Shown here: positions 10,323 through 20,585 of the stretch, piece by piece
Layout of the letters: the number at the start of each line of letters is the position of its first letter
Position numbering within the stretch: the stretch's first letter is position 1
Origin: a virus
Lineage: Duplodnaviria; Caudoviricetes
IMG/VR virus record: IMGVR_UViG_3300037481_000553
Location: 1 to 63,723 of that record
Length of the DNA: 63,723 nt
Reading direction: 5' to 3' (one strand)
Notes under the pieces: generated by a model
Told to the model about the DNA's origin: nothing
What the model saw: only the letters and a program-made list of their open reading frames with translations
The model's database searches: none
Translations under genes and position numbers: made by a program

Positions 10323-10579
10323 CCTGTCGCGAATTCACCGATGCCGTGCGTCGCATGACCGCACCGTGGCCGACGCCGGTGCCCGACTACATCTACCAGA
10401 CCATCGCATGCAACTACGCCAGCCGCAAGACCGCGTTCTTCACAGCCGGCGAAATCCGCGGGAAGATGATCCTCGCGGGCGACGAGATCCTCACCCCTCC
10501 CACGCGGGAGAACACGTCTATGCAACTTCGGCAGCAGGAGACACAACATGACCGCCACCATCAACGCACAGACGATTGA
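10319..10579 (+). CDS. Hypothetical protein
   Basis: GGAGG RBS, ATGA overlap. Confidence 0.5.
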   Translation: MTCREFTDAVRRMTAPWPTPVPDYIYQTIACNYASRKTAFFTAGEIRGKMILAGDEILTPPTRENTSMQLRQQETQHDRHHQRTDD

Positions 10580-11699
10580 CCTCGCGTCCAACCCCGGAGC
10601 CGTGACCCGCAGCGTCCAGTCGCAGTGGTACGCGCGCCCGGCGGACCAGAAGTTCCCCTCGCTCGACGCACTCCACGCGTACGTCAGCGACCGACGCAAG
10701 CGCGCGATGGCTTACGACACCGACGTCATGCACCTGTCCTTCGCGGTCAACGCCGACAAGCGGTTGATCGACACGAAGGCGGTCGTCACGATCGACAAGA
10801 AGAAGACGACGCTCGCGGTGGACCCGACGCACTGGGCCTTCGGCCAGGTCTGCACCGCAGTGAGCGCACCGGCCGGCTACTTCCGCGAACAGCTCGCCGA
10901 TCGGCCGGACATCGTCGTCACCGCGTTGAACTACGGAGCCGCGAAGCACGCCAGCGAAGGCGTCAAGCTGCTCGTCGTCGACCGGAAGAACGGCGACGGC
11001 ATCCCGCGATTGTCATCGGTGACGTCGCCCACCTACGGTCGCATCTGGGACGCCGACTGCACGGCTGCAGCCAAGCGCATCATCGACGCGAGCAACGGGA
11101 AGTTCTTCTCGCCCAAGGACTGGTCACGCGAGAAGCTGGCGCTCTTCGGCAGCGACCGTGACGTGTTCATGTTTTTCATTGACGGAGGAAGCATCGTCGA
11201 TGGTGGCGGGGAGCGCGACCAACTCCACCGCGGCTTCTTCCTCTGGAACAGCGAAGTCGGATCGAAGACCTTCGGCATCGCGACGTTCCTCTTCCGCGGA
11301 GTTTGCGGCAATTTCGGAATCTGGGGTGCGGAGGATGTCCGGGTGCTCAAGATTCGCCACACCAGTGGCGGACCCGCGCGCTTCGTGACGGACGCCATCC
11401 CCGCGCTCGAAGCGTACACCACCGCCAGCGCGAAGCCGCTCGAAGACGCCATCCGGAAGGCGAAGCAGATCGCGCTCCCGTCGGACACCAAGAAGTTCAC
11501 CGACTTCTTCCAGAGCAAGGGATTCAACGGTGCCGAGATCAGACGGGCCGTGGTCTTCGCGGACACCGAAGAAGGTCAGCACGGGACGCTCTGGGACATG
11601 TACAACGGGTTCACCGCGGTGGCGCGACACATGGCCTACGTGGAAGCCGCGGTGGATCTCCAGAAGCGCGCGGGCGCGCTGCTCGAAGCGGTGATGTAG
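10548..11699 (+). CDS. DUF932-family protein
   Basis: QWYARPADQKF, SPTYGRIWD, SDRDVFMFF, RGFFLWNSEVG and RGVCGN...IRH motifs. Confidence 0.8.
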   Translation: MTATINAQTIDLASNPGAVTRSVQSQWYARPADQKFPSLDALHAYVSDRRKRAMAYDTDVMHLSFAVNADKRLIDTKAVVTIDKKKTTLAVDPTHWAFGQVCTAVSAPAGYFREQLADRPDIVVTALNYGAAKHASEGVKLLVVDRKNGDGIPRLSSVTSPTYGRIWDADCTAAAKRIIDASNGKFFSPKDWSREKLALFGSDRDVFMFFIDGGSIVDGGGERDQLHRGFFLWNSEVGSKTFGIATFLFRGVCGNFGIWGAEDVRVLKIRHTSGGPARFVTDAIPALEAYTTASAKPLEDAIRKAKQIALPSDTKKFTDFFQSKGFNGAEIRRAVVFADTEEGQHGTLWDMYNGFTAVARHMAYVEAAVDLQKRAGALLEAVM

Positions 11700-11701
11700 T
11701 C

Positions 11702-11977
11702 GTGAAGCAACGTCACGCGGAGTCCAAGGACAACACCCTCAACGACGTCTACCGCGAAGTGCGGTTCTGGGCGACGCTCATCGAACGCCGGGTGGAGACG
11801 TTGGACTCCGCGTACGAGCAGATTATCATGACGCCTCGGCAAGCGAAGCTGCTCGGCGTGCCGTACACCATTGGTGCGACGCGTGAAATGCTCTTCCGCG
11901 AGCAAGTGGCCGCGGGATTGCAACAGTGGTCAGTCACCGGCATCAAGCCGACCGTGGAAAAGGAGGCGGTCAAGTGA
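11702..11977 (+). CDS. Hypothetical protein
   Basis: GTG directly after the DUF932 stop. Confidence 0.55.
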   Translation: MKQRHAESKDNTLNDVYREVRFWATLIERRVETLDSAYEQIIMTPRQAKLLGVPYTIGATREMLFREQVAAGLQQWSVTGIKPTVEKEAVK

Positions 11978-12069
11978 CCGTCCGGGTACCCCTCGAATCG
12001 TTGTTTGGCATGTCTGCTGCATATCGCAGCGTCCGTTCGTCAACCACGTTCAGTTCAGGAGACACGACC

Positions 12070-12681
<612 letters not shown>

Positions 12682-12693
12682 GCGACCACCAGG

Positions 12694-12741
12694 GCGACGG
12701 ACGCGGGGGGGGGGGTCCCCCAGCCTCCCCCCGTCCGTCGC
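12694..12741 (+). terminator. GC-rich hairpin after the H1-like gene (no U-tract)
   Basis: gcgacggacg...cgtccgtcgc stem extended by G and C runs. Confidence 0.4.
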
Positions 12742-12765
12742 GCCTCGTTCCAGGAGCCGCTGAAC

Positions 12766-12975
12766 ATGCGTATCGTGACCGTGACATTTCGCGTGACACC
12801 CGGCCAGGTCGACACCCTGGCACGCGCGCTGAGTCTCGACCACTACGAAGTCGGCACGGTCGTTCTGGATAAGTTTATCCGGGACGCCGTGCTGACCGCG
12901 TACGGACAGCTCGAACGCACCGCACCCGGCCGGGCGCAGGTCATGACGATCACACGAAAACGACGTCGCGCGTAG
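12766..12975 (+). CDS. Hypothetical small protein
   Basis: AGGAG RBS. Confidence 0.55.
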   Translation: MRIVTVTFRVTPGQVDTLARALSLDHYEVGTVVLDKFIRDAVLTAYGQLERTAPGRAQVMTITRKRRRA

Positions 12976-12988
12976 CGGAGGACACGAC

Positions 12989-13210
12989 ATGATTGGTACC
13001 GTTCGCATTGACGATAACAGCCGCTCCCGCGGCTTCTGCTTCATCAGAGGCGCAGACGGCTTGGACTATTTCACTCACTGGAGCGAACTGAGAGGAGGAC
13101 TCAATATCGACACCGTGCTGCGCGACCAGCGTGTGGTCTTCGTGTCGACGACCGGCGTGAAAGGCCTGAAGGCGAACGAAGTCTTCCCGATCACGGGGAA
13201 CGAGGCCTAG
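12989..13210 (+). CDS. Cold-shock domain protein
   Basis: RNP1-like RGFCFI, RNP2-like YFTHWS, C-terminal KGLKANEV. Confidence 0.8.
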   Translation: MIGTVRIDDNSRSRGFCFIRGADGLDYFTHWSELRGGLNIDTVLRDQRVVFVSTTGVKGLKANEVFPITGNEA

Positions 13211-15373
13211 ATGGCGCGCGTCGTGATGGACCGCTCGTTGTATCCGCACCAACGCGAAATGCTCGCGTGGGCGCAGCAACGGGACACCATCGCGCTCTTC
13301 GTCCAGATGCGCCTCGGCAAAACCCCGGTCACCATCCGCTGGGCACACGACGACCGGGCCGTCCTGGTGGTCGCACCGCTCTCCACACTCAGTCGCTACG
13401 GATGGTCACGCGAACTCGAACTCGAACACGTCCGGCCGGTGCATCGGCTCTACGAGATTCCCAACAAGCGACGCCGCGCGTTCATGCAGCAGACGTCACT
13501 CCGCGGCTGGTTCCTCATCAACTACGAAGGCCTCCGCGTCGCGCCGTGGCTGCTCTCGCTGCCCTGGAGCACGCTGGTGCTCGACGAGTGTGTCGTTGAA
13601 GATACACTAGTCTCAACACCCCAAGGACCGAGACCCATCGCATCGATTCGACCAGGAGATCCGATATTCACGAGGACCGGAGTGGGGACGGTGCGCAACG
13701 TTTGGACCCGCGCAGTCGTGTCGCTCGTGACGGTGAAAACGACGATTGGCACCGTGCTGTGTTCCGAGCACCACCCATTCCGATGCGGTGCAACGTGGGT
13801 AAATGCTGCGGATTTGAAGAAAGGAGATCGGCTTGTCTGCAATCTACGATCGTTCAGCAGCGATGCGAAAAGCGATCAAGGCCTGGTATCTGACCATGGC
13901 ACCCGAGGAACGATCTCGACGCGGGCGTACCAACAACCGTATGTACGATCCAGCGGTCCGGGCCAAGATATCCACGACATTGAAACAAATGGGGCATCGG
14001 CCACCGATACAAGGAGGCAACGGCAAGCCGATCCCGGAACCGCAGCGAATGCTGCACGAGGCGCTTGGACGCGGTTGGCATCTGGAGCATCCCGTTTCGC
14101 TCGGTCCACGGCAACCACCATTTCCGACTTGCTACAAAATCGACATTGCGAATCCGAAGCACAAAATCGGAATCGAGGTCAACGGAACCGGCCACCCTAC
14201 GAGTTTACGGGGAATGGATCTCAAGAAACAACGCAAACTGGAGTCGCTTGGGTGGAAGATGTTTCGGTTCAAGAACCGGGAGATCCTCACGGCGACCGAT
14301 ACCGTCGTCCAGACGGTTCGTACACGCTGTGGGATCTAGAAATTGACGGAGACCCTTCGTTCTACGCTAACGGAATCCTCGTTCACAATTCAACCAAGAT
14401 CCGGACCCCGCGGGCGCAGATTACCAAACTCCTTACCAAGTGCACCGCGCACATCCGACGCCGGGCCATCCTCACCGGATTGCCCAACCCCGAATCTCCC
14501 CTTGACTACTTCACGCAATTCCAGTTCTTGCATGGTGACTTCCTCGGGTCAACGAACTACTACCAGTTCCGCCACCGGCATTATCAACAGGTGACGTATG
14601 ACTGGGTTCCGAGACGCGGAGCCATCGGCCGGATCAAGGGAGAGGTGCATCTACTCGCCTTCGTCCTCACCCGTGCCGAGGTCGGCCTGGGCAATCACAA
14701 GGACCGCCAGGTTCGCGTGGTGCCATGCGCGCCGGTCGTCGCACGGCTGCAACGTCAAGTACTCCAGGACTTCGCGTGTGGCGACCTGGAGACCAAGTGG
14801 TCCCCCGTGCAGCAGACGTGGCTTGCGAAGCTAGCCGGTGGCTACTCGCCAGACAACGAGCTGGTGTCCGACCTCAAACTCCGGGAACTGGAAGATCTCG
14901 TCACCGGAGAACTGCGCGGCGAGTCGCTCGTCGTATGGTTCCGGTTCAACCACGAACTGCACGAAGCCGCGCGTCGACTGGCGCAACACGAGCCGGTCGC
15001 CGTCATCTATGGCGACACACCCAAGCCGGAGCGGTCCACCATCCAGGAGCGGTTCCTCGCGGGGAAGGTGCGCATCCTCTGCGCGCAAGTGAAATGCGGG
15101 CAGTACGGGATGAACCTCTCGCGCGCCAGCACCGCGATTTACTACAGCAACGCATGGGACTACGAAGTGCGCGCGCAATCGGAAGACCGCATCGAACACA
15201 TGGACAAGCACGAACCCTTGCTGCTTATCGATCTGGTGACGAAAGGGTCGACCGACGAAGGTGTGCTCGCCGCGCTCGGGCACAAGGCCATCAGCGCGCG
15301 GACCTTCTCCATGCGCATGTTGGAGGAGATGAAGAAGCTCTGGGCGAAAGGCATGACAAGGAGGGTGGCATGA
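13211..15373 (+). CDS. SNF2-like SF2 helicase containing an intein
   Basis: LYPHQ, MRLGKT, INYE, LVLDE|S, ILTGLP, GMNL, QSEDRIEH motifs. Confidence 0.9.
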   Translation: MARVVMDRSLYPHQREMLAWAQQRDTIALFVQMRLGKTPVTIRWAHDDRAVLVVAPLSTLSRYGWSRELELEHVRPVHRLYEIPNKRRRAFMQQTSLRGWFLINYEGLRVAPWLLSLPWSTLVLDECVVEDTLVSTPQGPRPIASIRPGDPIFTRTGVGTVRNVWTRAVVSLVTVKTTIGTVLCSEHHPFRCGATWVNAADLKKGDRLVCNLRSFSSDAKSDQGLVSDHGTRGTISTRAYQQPYVRSSGPGQDIHDIETNGASATDTRRQRQADPGTAANAARGAWTRLASGASRFARSTATTISDLLQNRHCESEAQNRNRGQRNRPPYEFTGNGSQETTQTGVAWVEDVSVQEPGDPHGDRYRRPDGSYTLWDLEIDGDPSFYANGILVHNSTKIRTPRAQITKLLTKCTAHIRRRAILTGLPNPESPLDYFTQFQFLHGDFLGSTNYYQFRHRHYQQVTYDWVPRRGAIGRIKGEVHLLAFVLTRAEVGLGNHKDRQVRVVPCAPVVARLQRQVLQDFACGDLETKWSPVQQTWLAKLAGGYSPDNELVSDLKLRELEDLVTGELRGESLVVWFRFNHELHEAARRLAQHEPVAVIYGDTPKPERSTIQERFLAGKVRILCAQVKCGQYGMNLSRASTAIYYSNAWDYEVRAQSEDRIEHMDKHEPLLLIDLVTKGSTDEGVLAALGHKAISARTFSMRMLEEMKKLWAKGMTRRVA
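13589..14389 (+). mobile_element. Intein (267 aa) inserted in the helicase Walker B (DE/S)
   Basis: Starts CVVEDTLVSTPQG; block B SEHHPF; block F WDLEIDG; ends YANGILVHN followed by Ser(+1). Confidence 0.92.
13833..14339 (+). CDS. DUF559/Vsr-like endonuclease nested in the +1 frame of the intein
   Basis: AAGGAG at 13821 then TTG start; YKIDIA...IGIEVNG.GH...D..KQ..LESLGWKMFRFKN. Confidence 0.8.
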   Translation: MSAIYDRSAAMRKAIKAWYLTMAPEERSRRGRTNNRMYDPAVRAKISTTLKQMGHRPPIQGGNGKPIPEPQRMLHEALGRGWHLEHPVSLGPRQPPFPTCYKIDIANPKHKIGIEVNGTGHPTSLRGMDLKKQRKLESLGWKMFRFKNREILTATDTVVQTVRTRCGI

Positions 15374-15906
15374 GTGGTGGTTACACCGACGCGAATACAC
15401 CATTCTCGGAACACGGCCCGAGCGAGCGACATGCGAAGAGAATGGACGAGACCGGCCGCGCGAAGACCCACGCGACGCGTGTGCTCGAATATCTGTATAC
15501 CGTCGCTCTGAAGCGCGGAAAGAGCGATGCCGAAATGCAGACCGAGATGGAAGAATTCAGCCAACTACGAGATCCGGGTTCGTCGCAACGACCAGCACGA
15601 GACACGTTGTACCGCGTTGGCTTGTTAGAACGGTTGATGCCACACGCGGGCGCAGCTAACGGTGAAGACGTATACCGTTGGCGTCCGAGCGTGTTCGCGA
15701 AGATTCAACTCGGATGGGGAACATGGGAACGCATTGTCCAGGCCATCCGCGAAGGTGGTCGGTGGTGCGAAGCGAGCGAAGACGACAAGCACCACTTCGT
15801 GTGCCGATGTTGCGGGCGGACGCGCGATGAGATTCTTGACAAGCCGGGGTCACCGCACCCCGCAAGTTACCGGCCAGACCCGGAAGAAGAGGATGACGAC
15901 GAGTGA
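15370..15906 (+). CDS. Hypothetical protein
   Basis: ATGA coupling; C-terminal C...CRCC. Confidence 0.65.
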   Translation: MSGGYTDANTPFSEHGPSERHAKRMDETGRAKTHATRVLEYLYTVALKRGKSDAEMQTEMEEFSQLRDPGSSQRPARDTLYRVGLLERLMPHAGAANGEDVYRWRPSVFAKIQLGWGTWERIVQAIREGGRWCEASEDDKHHFVCRCCGRTRDEILDKPGSPHPASYRPDPEEEDDDE

Positions 15907-16400
15907 AGAGGAAAGCAATGTTCACCATCGACCCTGGCGTCAGCGGCACGGGCTGGGTCGCTTGGATCGATGCGCAGCCGGTTGCTGCGGGGATCGTCGA
16001 AACGCTGCCCGGTGCACCATGGGAAGCGCGCACCGAGAAAGTCGTCAAGCATTTGAGCAAGGCCTACGAACTCCTTATCGTGCACACCGGCTATCCACAC
16101 CCGATGGTCATCTGCGAGATGATGGAGTTCTACCAGACCGCGAGCGGAAGCGCGCCATGGGTCACGGGCGACCTGCAGCGCATCCTCGTGCTCGCGGGAT
16201 GGTTCTGCGGGCAGGTGGGTGTGCCCGCGAGTCGGGTCGTCTTCGTCCGGCCGTCGGAATGGAAAGGACAGCTCCCGAAGAAAGTCGTGACCGCCCGCGT
16301 CACGAAGCTGCTGGGAAAGGAGACATGCGATCGACTGAGACTAACGTCGCACGCGTGGGACGCCGCGGGCATCGGCCTGTGGTATCTGGAGAAACTGTGA
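15903..16400 (+). CDS. RuvC-like Holliday junction resolvase
   Basis: TIDPG..GTG, VICE, VRPSEWKG and HAWDAAGIG motifs. Confidence 0.8.
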   Translation: MKRKAMFTIDPGVSGTGWVAWIDAQPVAAGIVETLPGAPWEARTEKVVKHLSKAYELLIVHTGYPHPMVICEMMEFYQTASGSAPWVTGDLQRILVLAGWFCGQVGVPASRVVFVRPSEWKGQLPKKVVTARVTKLLGKETCDRLRLTSHAWDAAGIGLWYLEKL

Positions 16401-16413
16401 GAGGAGACACGAC

Positions 16414-17454
16414 ATGAAGAAGGTGAAGATGGTGGTCGGTCGGGTGCAATTCTACGACCCGCGCGCTCATGGCGTCAACGCGACGCTGCTCTCGCGGTGG
16501 AAGGCCTGCCGGCATCGCGCGTTGCTCGATCTCAATGGGTGGACCCCGCGGCTCGTGTCCGTTGGCGGGATCTACGGACAGGTCGTCCACTCCGCGTTGC
16601 AGCACGTCTACGACCACGTGCGCATCGGCAAGCTGAAGTCCTACCAGGGGATCAAGGACAAGGATTACGCGACCGTGCTCGATCACGCGTTCGTGTCCTG
16701 GAAGAACGAGAATCCGCGGGCGTCCGCCGAGGTCATCCAGAAACTGGAGATGGTGCGGTTGCTCGCGGAGACCGTGCTCCCACTCTACTTCCGGTATCAC
16801 GCCAAGGACTTCACGGACATGCAGTGGGGACCGCCCGAGCAGCCGTTCAAGCTGCCCTACCGCGTCGACGTGCCCGGCTTCGGGATCGTGGAGACGTTCC
16901 TCAAGGGACGCATCGACGGGTCGTTCACCCGGCCGGACGTGAAGAAGGCCAGTCTCACGTTGCTCGAGACGAAGACCAAGTCGCGTGTGGACCCCGGCTC
17001 GTTGGTCGACATGCTCCCGCACGACATGCAAGTGTCCATCTACTTGAAGGCGATGGTGCTCGCCGGCCAGCAGCCGAATGCGCTGCTGTACAACGTCGTG
17101 CGTCGACCCGGCTTTCAGCAGGGTGCGAAGGAGACGCTCCCCGATCTTGCCACGCGCATCATCAAGGACATTGAGAAGCGCCCGGAGTTCTACTTCCTCC
17201 GCTTCAGGATGGACCTGTCGAAGAACGACCTGGCGCGTCAGTCCGCGGAGGTCGACGCGATTGTCATTGACTTCATCCGGTGGTGGGCCGGCGAAGTCGC
17301 GCACTACAAGAACTCCGACTGGTGCGAGAATAAGTACGGCCGGTGCGAGTTCCTCGGCACGCTCTGCGGGGGTCCGGACGAAGGCAAGCCAAATCCCGCG
17401 CGCTTCTACAAGCGGAAGACCCCGTTCCGGCAAGGCGAAGACGACCTCGTGTAG
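16414..17454 (+). CDS. PD-(D/E)XK (RecB/Cas4-like) exonuclease
   Basis: G..VH, GRIDG, LLETKT, Q..Y; N- and C-terminal Cys residues (possible Fe-S). Confidence 0.85.
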   Translation: MKKVKMVVGRVQFYDPRAHGVNATLLSRWKACRHRALLDLNGWTPRLVSVGGIYGQVVHSALQHVYDHVRIGKLKSYQGIKDKDYATVLDHAFVSWKNENPRASAEVIQKLEMVRLLAETVLPLYFRYHAKDFTDMQWGPPEQPFKLPYRVDVPGFGIVETFLKGRIDGSFTRPDVKKASLTLLETKTKSRVDPGSLVDMLPHDMQVSIYLKAMVLAGQQPNALLYNVVRRPGFQQGAKETLPDLATRIIKDIEKRPEFYFLRFRMDLSKNDLARQSAEVDAIVIDFIRWWAGEVAHYKNSDWCENKYGRCEFLGTLCGGPDEGKPNPARFYKRKTPFRQGEDDLV

Positions 17455-17468
17455 AAAGGAGACCACCG

Positions 17469-18395
17469 ATGCAGCGGTTTGAAACGACTGACACCGTGAT
17501 CCTCGGGGGAGGTCTCATCGGCCATCTGGCCGCGAGCCTCTTCCCCGAGGCGCGCGTCTTCGACCGACGCGTAGAACCGGCCGGGTTCGACGTGACTCAC
17601 CAACCCGGTGCGCATTACCTGTGGGCACCATTGGAGGGATTGGAGAACGACGAGATCCGCGTCCTCACGCGGATTGATAATCGGGTGGCGACGCCGGAGT
17701 CCATCGCCGCGTACAAAGCGAAGGTCGCCGAGCCGTTGCCATCATCCACGCGCGCCAATGGCGAGGCCAGTTACCGATTGCACCAGTTCGATCCGGAGAT
17801 GAGCGGTTGGCGTGCGAAGCTTCCGCCCGTCACGGTCGAGTGGAACCGTGCGGTCAAGTTGATTGATCCGGCCGACCGGACTATCGTGTTGGAAGACCGT
17901 AGCGTCCACTACGGACGGTTGATCAACACAATTCCACTGAAGGCGTTGTGCTCGATGCTGATCGGGCATCCCTTTCCGCAGATGGAGGAGTTGGTCAATC
18001 GGCCCATCTACGTTGAGACGTTGAAATTCTCGGCTCCGCCATTCGACTTCGGACCGATGGAGACGCTCTACGTTGACTACATCACCGACCCCACCGCACC
18101 GTACTACCGCGAGACGCATCAAGCCGATGGCACCGTGCAACGCGAGGCGTTACGTGCCTACACGCAACCAATGTTCTACGTGCAACCCGGCAAGTTGGTA
18201 GCGCACGACGCCGTCCCCGACACACTCGCCACGCTCGCCGGTTACCACACGTACAGCTTCGGACATTACGGGACGTGGGACCCCGACGAACTCACGCATC
18301 ACACATGGGAGAAGCTGCGGCAGTTCGCTGCGGCAATCGATAACGAACCATCGATGGGCGATTTGCAGCGCATCGCTGACGCGGGGGACGAATGA
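17469..18395 (+). CDS. FAD/NAD(P)-binding oxidoreductase-like protein
   Basis: N-terminal VILGGGLIG Rossmann motif, GAHYL, LINTIPL, C-terminal FGHYGTW. Confidence 0.7.
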   Translation: MQRFETTDTVILGGGLIGHLAASLFPEARVFDRRVEPAGFDVTHQPGAHYLWAPLEGLENDEIRVLTRIDNRVATPESIAAYKAKVAEPLPSSTRANGEASYRLHQFDPEMSGWRAKLPPVTVEWNRAVKLIDPADRTIVLEDRSVHYGRLINTIPLKALCSMLIGHPFPQMEELVNRPIYVETLKFSAPPFDFGPMETLYVDYITDPTAPYYRETHQADGTVQREALRAYTQPMFYVQPGKLVAHDAVPDTLATLAGYHTYSFGHYGTWDPDELTHHTWEKLRQFAAAIDNEPSMGDLQRIADAGDE

Positions 18396-19360
18396 ACGAT
18401 CTCAAGGAACTCTGGGACGATCAAGCCGCGTTCAATCGGTTGCTCCGGGCGTTGCCGGCGAACGAAGACGAGCGGATGCAACAGACACGTGAGATCGTGC
18501 TGCATCTCGAGAGCGAACTCCACGAGTTGCTCGCGACCTACTCGTGGAAGTTTCACCGCAACCGGCCGCACGTCCTCAACACGGCCCAGCGTGAGGAGGA
18601 ACTCGTCGACATCTTCAAGTTCTTCTTGACGCTCGCGCAGATCCAAGGCACGTCGGTCGACTCACTGGTGGAAGCCTACTGGCGGAAGACGGCCGTCGTG
18701 CGGCAACGCTACGCCCAGGAGTGGGTGCATCGGGTGGACCGACCATACGTCGTGGTCGATATCGATGGCGTGCTCTGCGACTACGCAGCCGGGTTTAGCC
18801 AGTGGATTATCAATCGGACGCCCGGCTTGGTCGACGAAGTCGCGCGTCAGCGCACACTGGACGATCACCGCTGGTTGGATGCGGAGTCCATCGGCATCAC
18901 GCGTCACGAATGGGCCACACACCAACACGAGTTCCGAGTGACGGGTGGCAACCGCGCGTTGCCGGCGTTCATGGATGCGGTGCCATTCCTTCGCAACTGT
19001 CGCGCGGCCGGATACCTGATTGTCCTCTTGACCAGCCGACCGATCGATCAGTATCCGAACATCTACACCGACACCGTCCAGTGGCTCACGCGCCAGGGGA
19101 TGGAGTTCGACGTTGTGTGGTGGGCGCAGCACAAAGGCGACTTCCTCGCGCTGCAGTCCATGCCGCACGATTGGTTCCGCTTCTACGTCGACGACGACCT
19201 CACGTTCGTGCAGCAGGTCGCCAAGACCGGCTACGCTCCGGTCTACTGGCTCCGTCGCGGCATGGACACACCTCCGGGACTCGACGTCGGTGCCGGCGTC
19301 ATCCCGGTCTCTTCACTTACCCAGGTTGTGCGACATGTGACTAACAAGGAGGTTCTGTGA
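18392..19360 (+). CDS. Fusion of all-alpha dUTPase/MazG-like NTP pyrophosphatase and HAD-family 5'-nucleotidase
   Basis: ESELHEL..WKFH...EEELVDIFKF...YWRK; then VDIDGVL, LTSR, K and VDD HAD motifs. Confidence 0.8.
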   Translation: MNDLKELWDDQAAFNRLLRALPANEDERMQQTREIVLHLESELHELLATYSWKFHRNRPHVLNTAQREEELVDIFKFFLTLAQIQGTSVDSLVEAYWRKTAVVRQRYAQEWVHRVDRPYVVVDIDGVLCDYAAGFSQWIINRTPGLVDEVARQRTLDDHRWLDAESIGITRHEWATHQHEFRVTGGNRALPAFMDAVPFLRNCRAAGYLIVLLTSRPIDQYPNIYTDTVQWLTRQGMEFDVVWWAQHKGDFLALQSMPHDWFRFYVDDDLTFVQQVAKTGYAPVYWLRRGMDTPPGLDVGAGVIPVSSLTQVVRHVTNKEVL

Positions 19361-20583
19361 CAGTAGCGCTCCACCGACCATGCGCGCGGTTCACCGGCGA
19401 AGAGCCGCGCGCCATCACCCATCGCGGACCCGCAGGATTGGAGGTCAAGCTGGTTGCCTGGAACGGACCGACGTTCCCGGTGCTCTACGACGTACTGATG
19501 TCCGGAGCTGGCGATGAACCCTCGCGGCTGTCGGAAGAGTTCAGACCGGAGATGCGCGAGCCGTTCGCACCGCAGGCGATTCAAGCGGAACACCGCATGG
19601 GGTGGACCGACTTGAGCGATTATCAAAAGCAGGTCCTCACCGCGATGTTCGCGATGAAGCTGCTGCCGACCCCGATGGAGGCGATCTCGTTCACGTTCCT
19701 GATCAACAACGTCGCGCGGGCGACGACGCATCAACTGGTGCGCACGCGCGTGGGCGCGTCGTTCGCGCAGAACTCCGGCCGGGTCAACGACTGGCGACAC
19801 AAGGCGTGGTCCTGTCCGGAGACCATCGCGCGCGTCATCGCCGAATACGACCGCGGCCGGGAACTCCCACTGAACGAATACGGGGTGCAGACCGAAGCGT
19901 GCCTATTCGACGAAGCGCCGATTGACGCGTATCTGAAGAAGCTGGACGAAGACCGCACCGAAGATGACCTCGCCGTCGGTGGGCCGACCTCACTCCACGA
20001 CGCCGTGTTCCGCCACCTCCAAGAAGGGCGACGGCTCTACGCCGCGTTCGTGGACGCGGGCGTCCCGCACCAAGACGCGCGCCGGGTGCTCACGATGGGC
20101 ACGGAGACGTTCATCTACGACAAATACAACTACCTCGCGCTCGCGGGCTTTCTGGCGAACCGACTCGAACACACGATGGAGTGGGAGATCAACTGCATCG
20201 CCCAGTTGATGCTGCGCGAAGTCAAGATGCGGTGCCCGCGGGTCTACTCCCAGTTCCTGATGTCGCGCTCCGACAAGACGAAAGTCTGCGCGGTAGGCGA
20301 CGATTCCGCGGAGTGGTCGTGGGATGGCAAGCATCCGCACGCACCGAGCTACGTGCAGCCGTTTCCACCAGCCTACAGTCCACTGCAGAACCCGTACTGG
20401 GTCTTGCATCCGGACGCGATGGCCGGTGGGCCTATCGTGTGGATCCCGACCAACGGGACCTACCCGTGGGAGATTGTCAATCCGCAGAGGCTGGACCCCG
20501 TCTGCGACGCGTGCGGTGCGGAAGTCCACGTCAACCCCGATACGAAGCTGTGTTCAGATTGCGCGCGGGCGCAGGGAAGGTAG
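19357..20583 (+). CDS. thyX: Divergent flavin-dependent thymidylate synthase (ThyX-like)
   Basis: RATTHQLVRTRVGASFAQNSGR (RTR in place of RHR), GVPHQDARRVL, NRL...WEI. Confidence 0.75.
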   Translation: MTVALHRPCARFTGEEPRAITHRGPAGLEVKLVAWNGPTFPVLYDVLMSGAGDEPSRLSEEFRPEMREPFAPQAIQAEHRMGWTDLSDYQKQVLTAMFAMKLLPTPMEAISFTFLINNVARATTHQLVRTRVGASFAQNSGRVNDWRHKAWSCPETIARVIAEYDRGRELPLNEYGVQTEACLFDEAPIDAYLKKLDEDRTEDDLAVGGPTSLHDAVFRHLQEGRRLYAAFVDAGVPHQDARRVLTMGTETFIYDKYNYLALAGFLANRLEHTMEWEINCIAQLMLREVKMRCPRVYSQFLMSRSDKTKVCAVGDDSAEWSWDGKHPHAPSYVQPFPPAYSPLQNPYWVLHPDAMAGGPIVWIPTNGTYPWEIVNPQRLDPVCDACGAEVHVNPDTKLCSDCARAQGR

Positions 20584-20585
20584 CC

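Noticed and set aside
16414-17454. Cas4 as evidence of a CRISPR system
   Set aside because: It is a stand-alone PD-(D/E)XK exonuclease in a recombination module with AAA_24 and DUF669.
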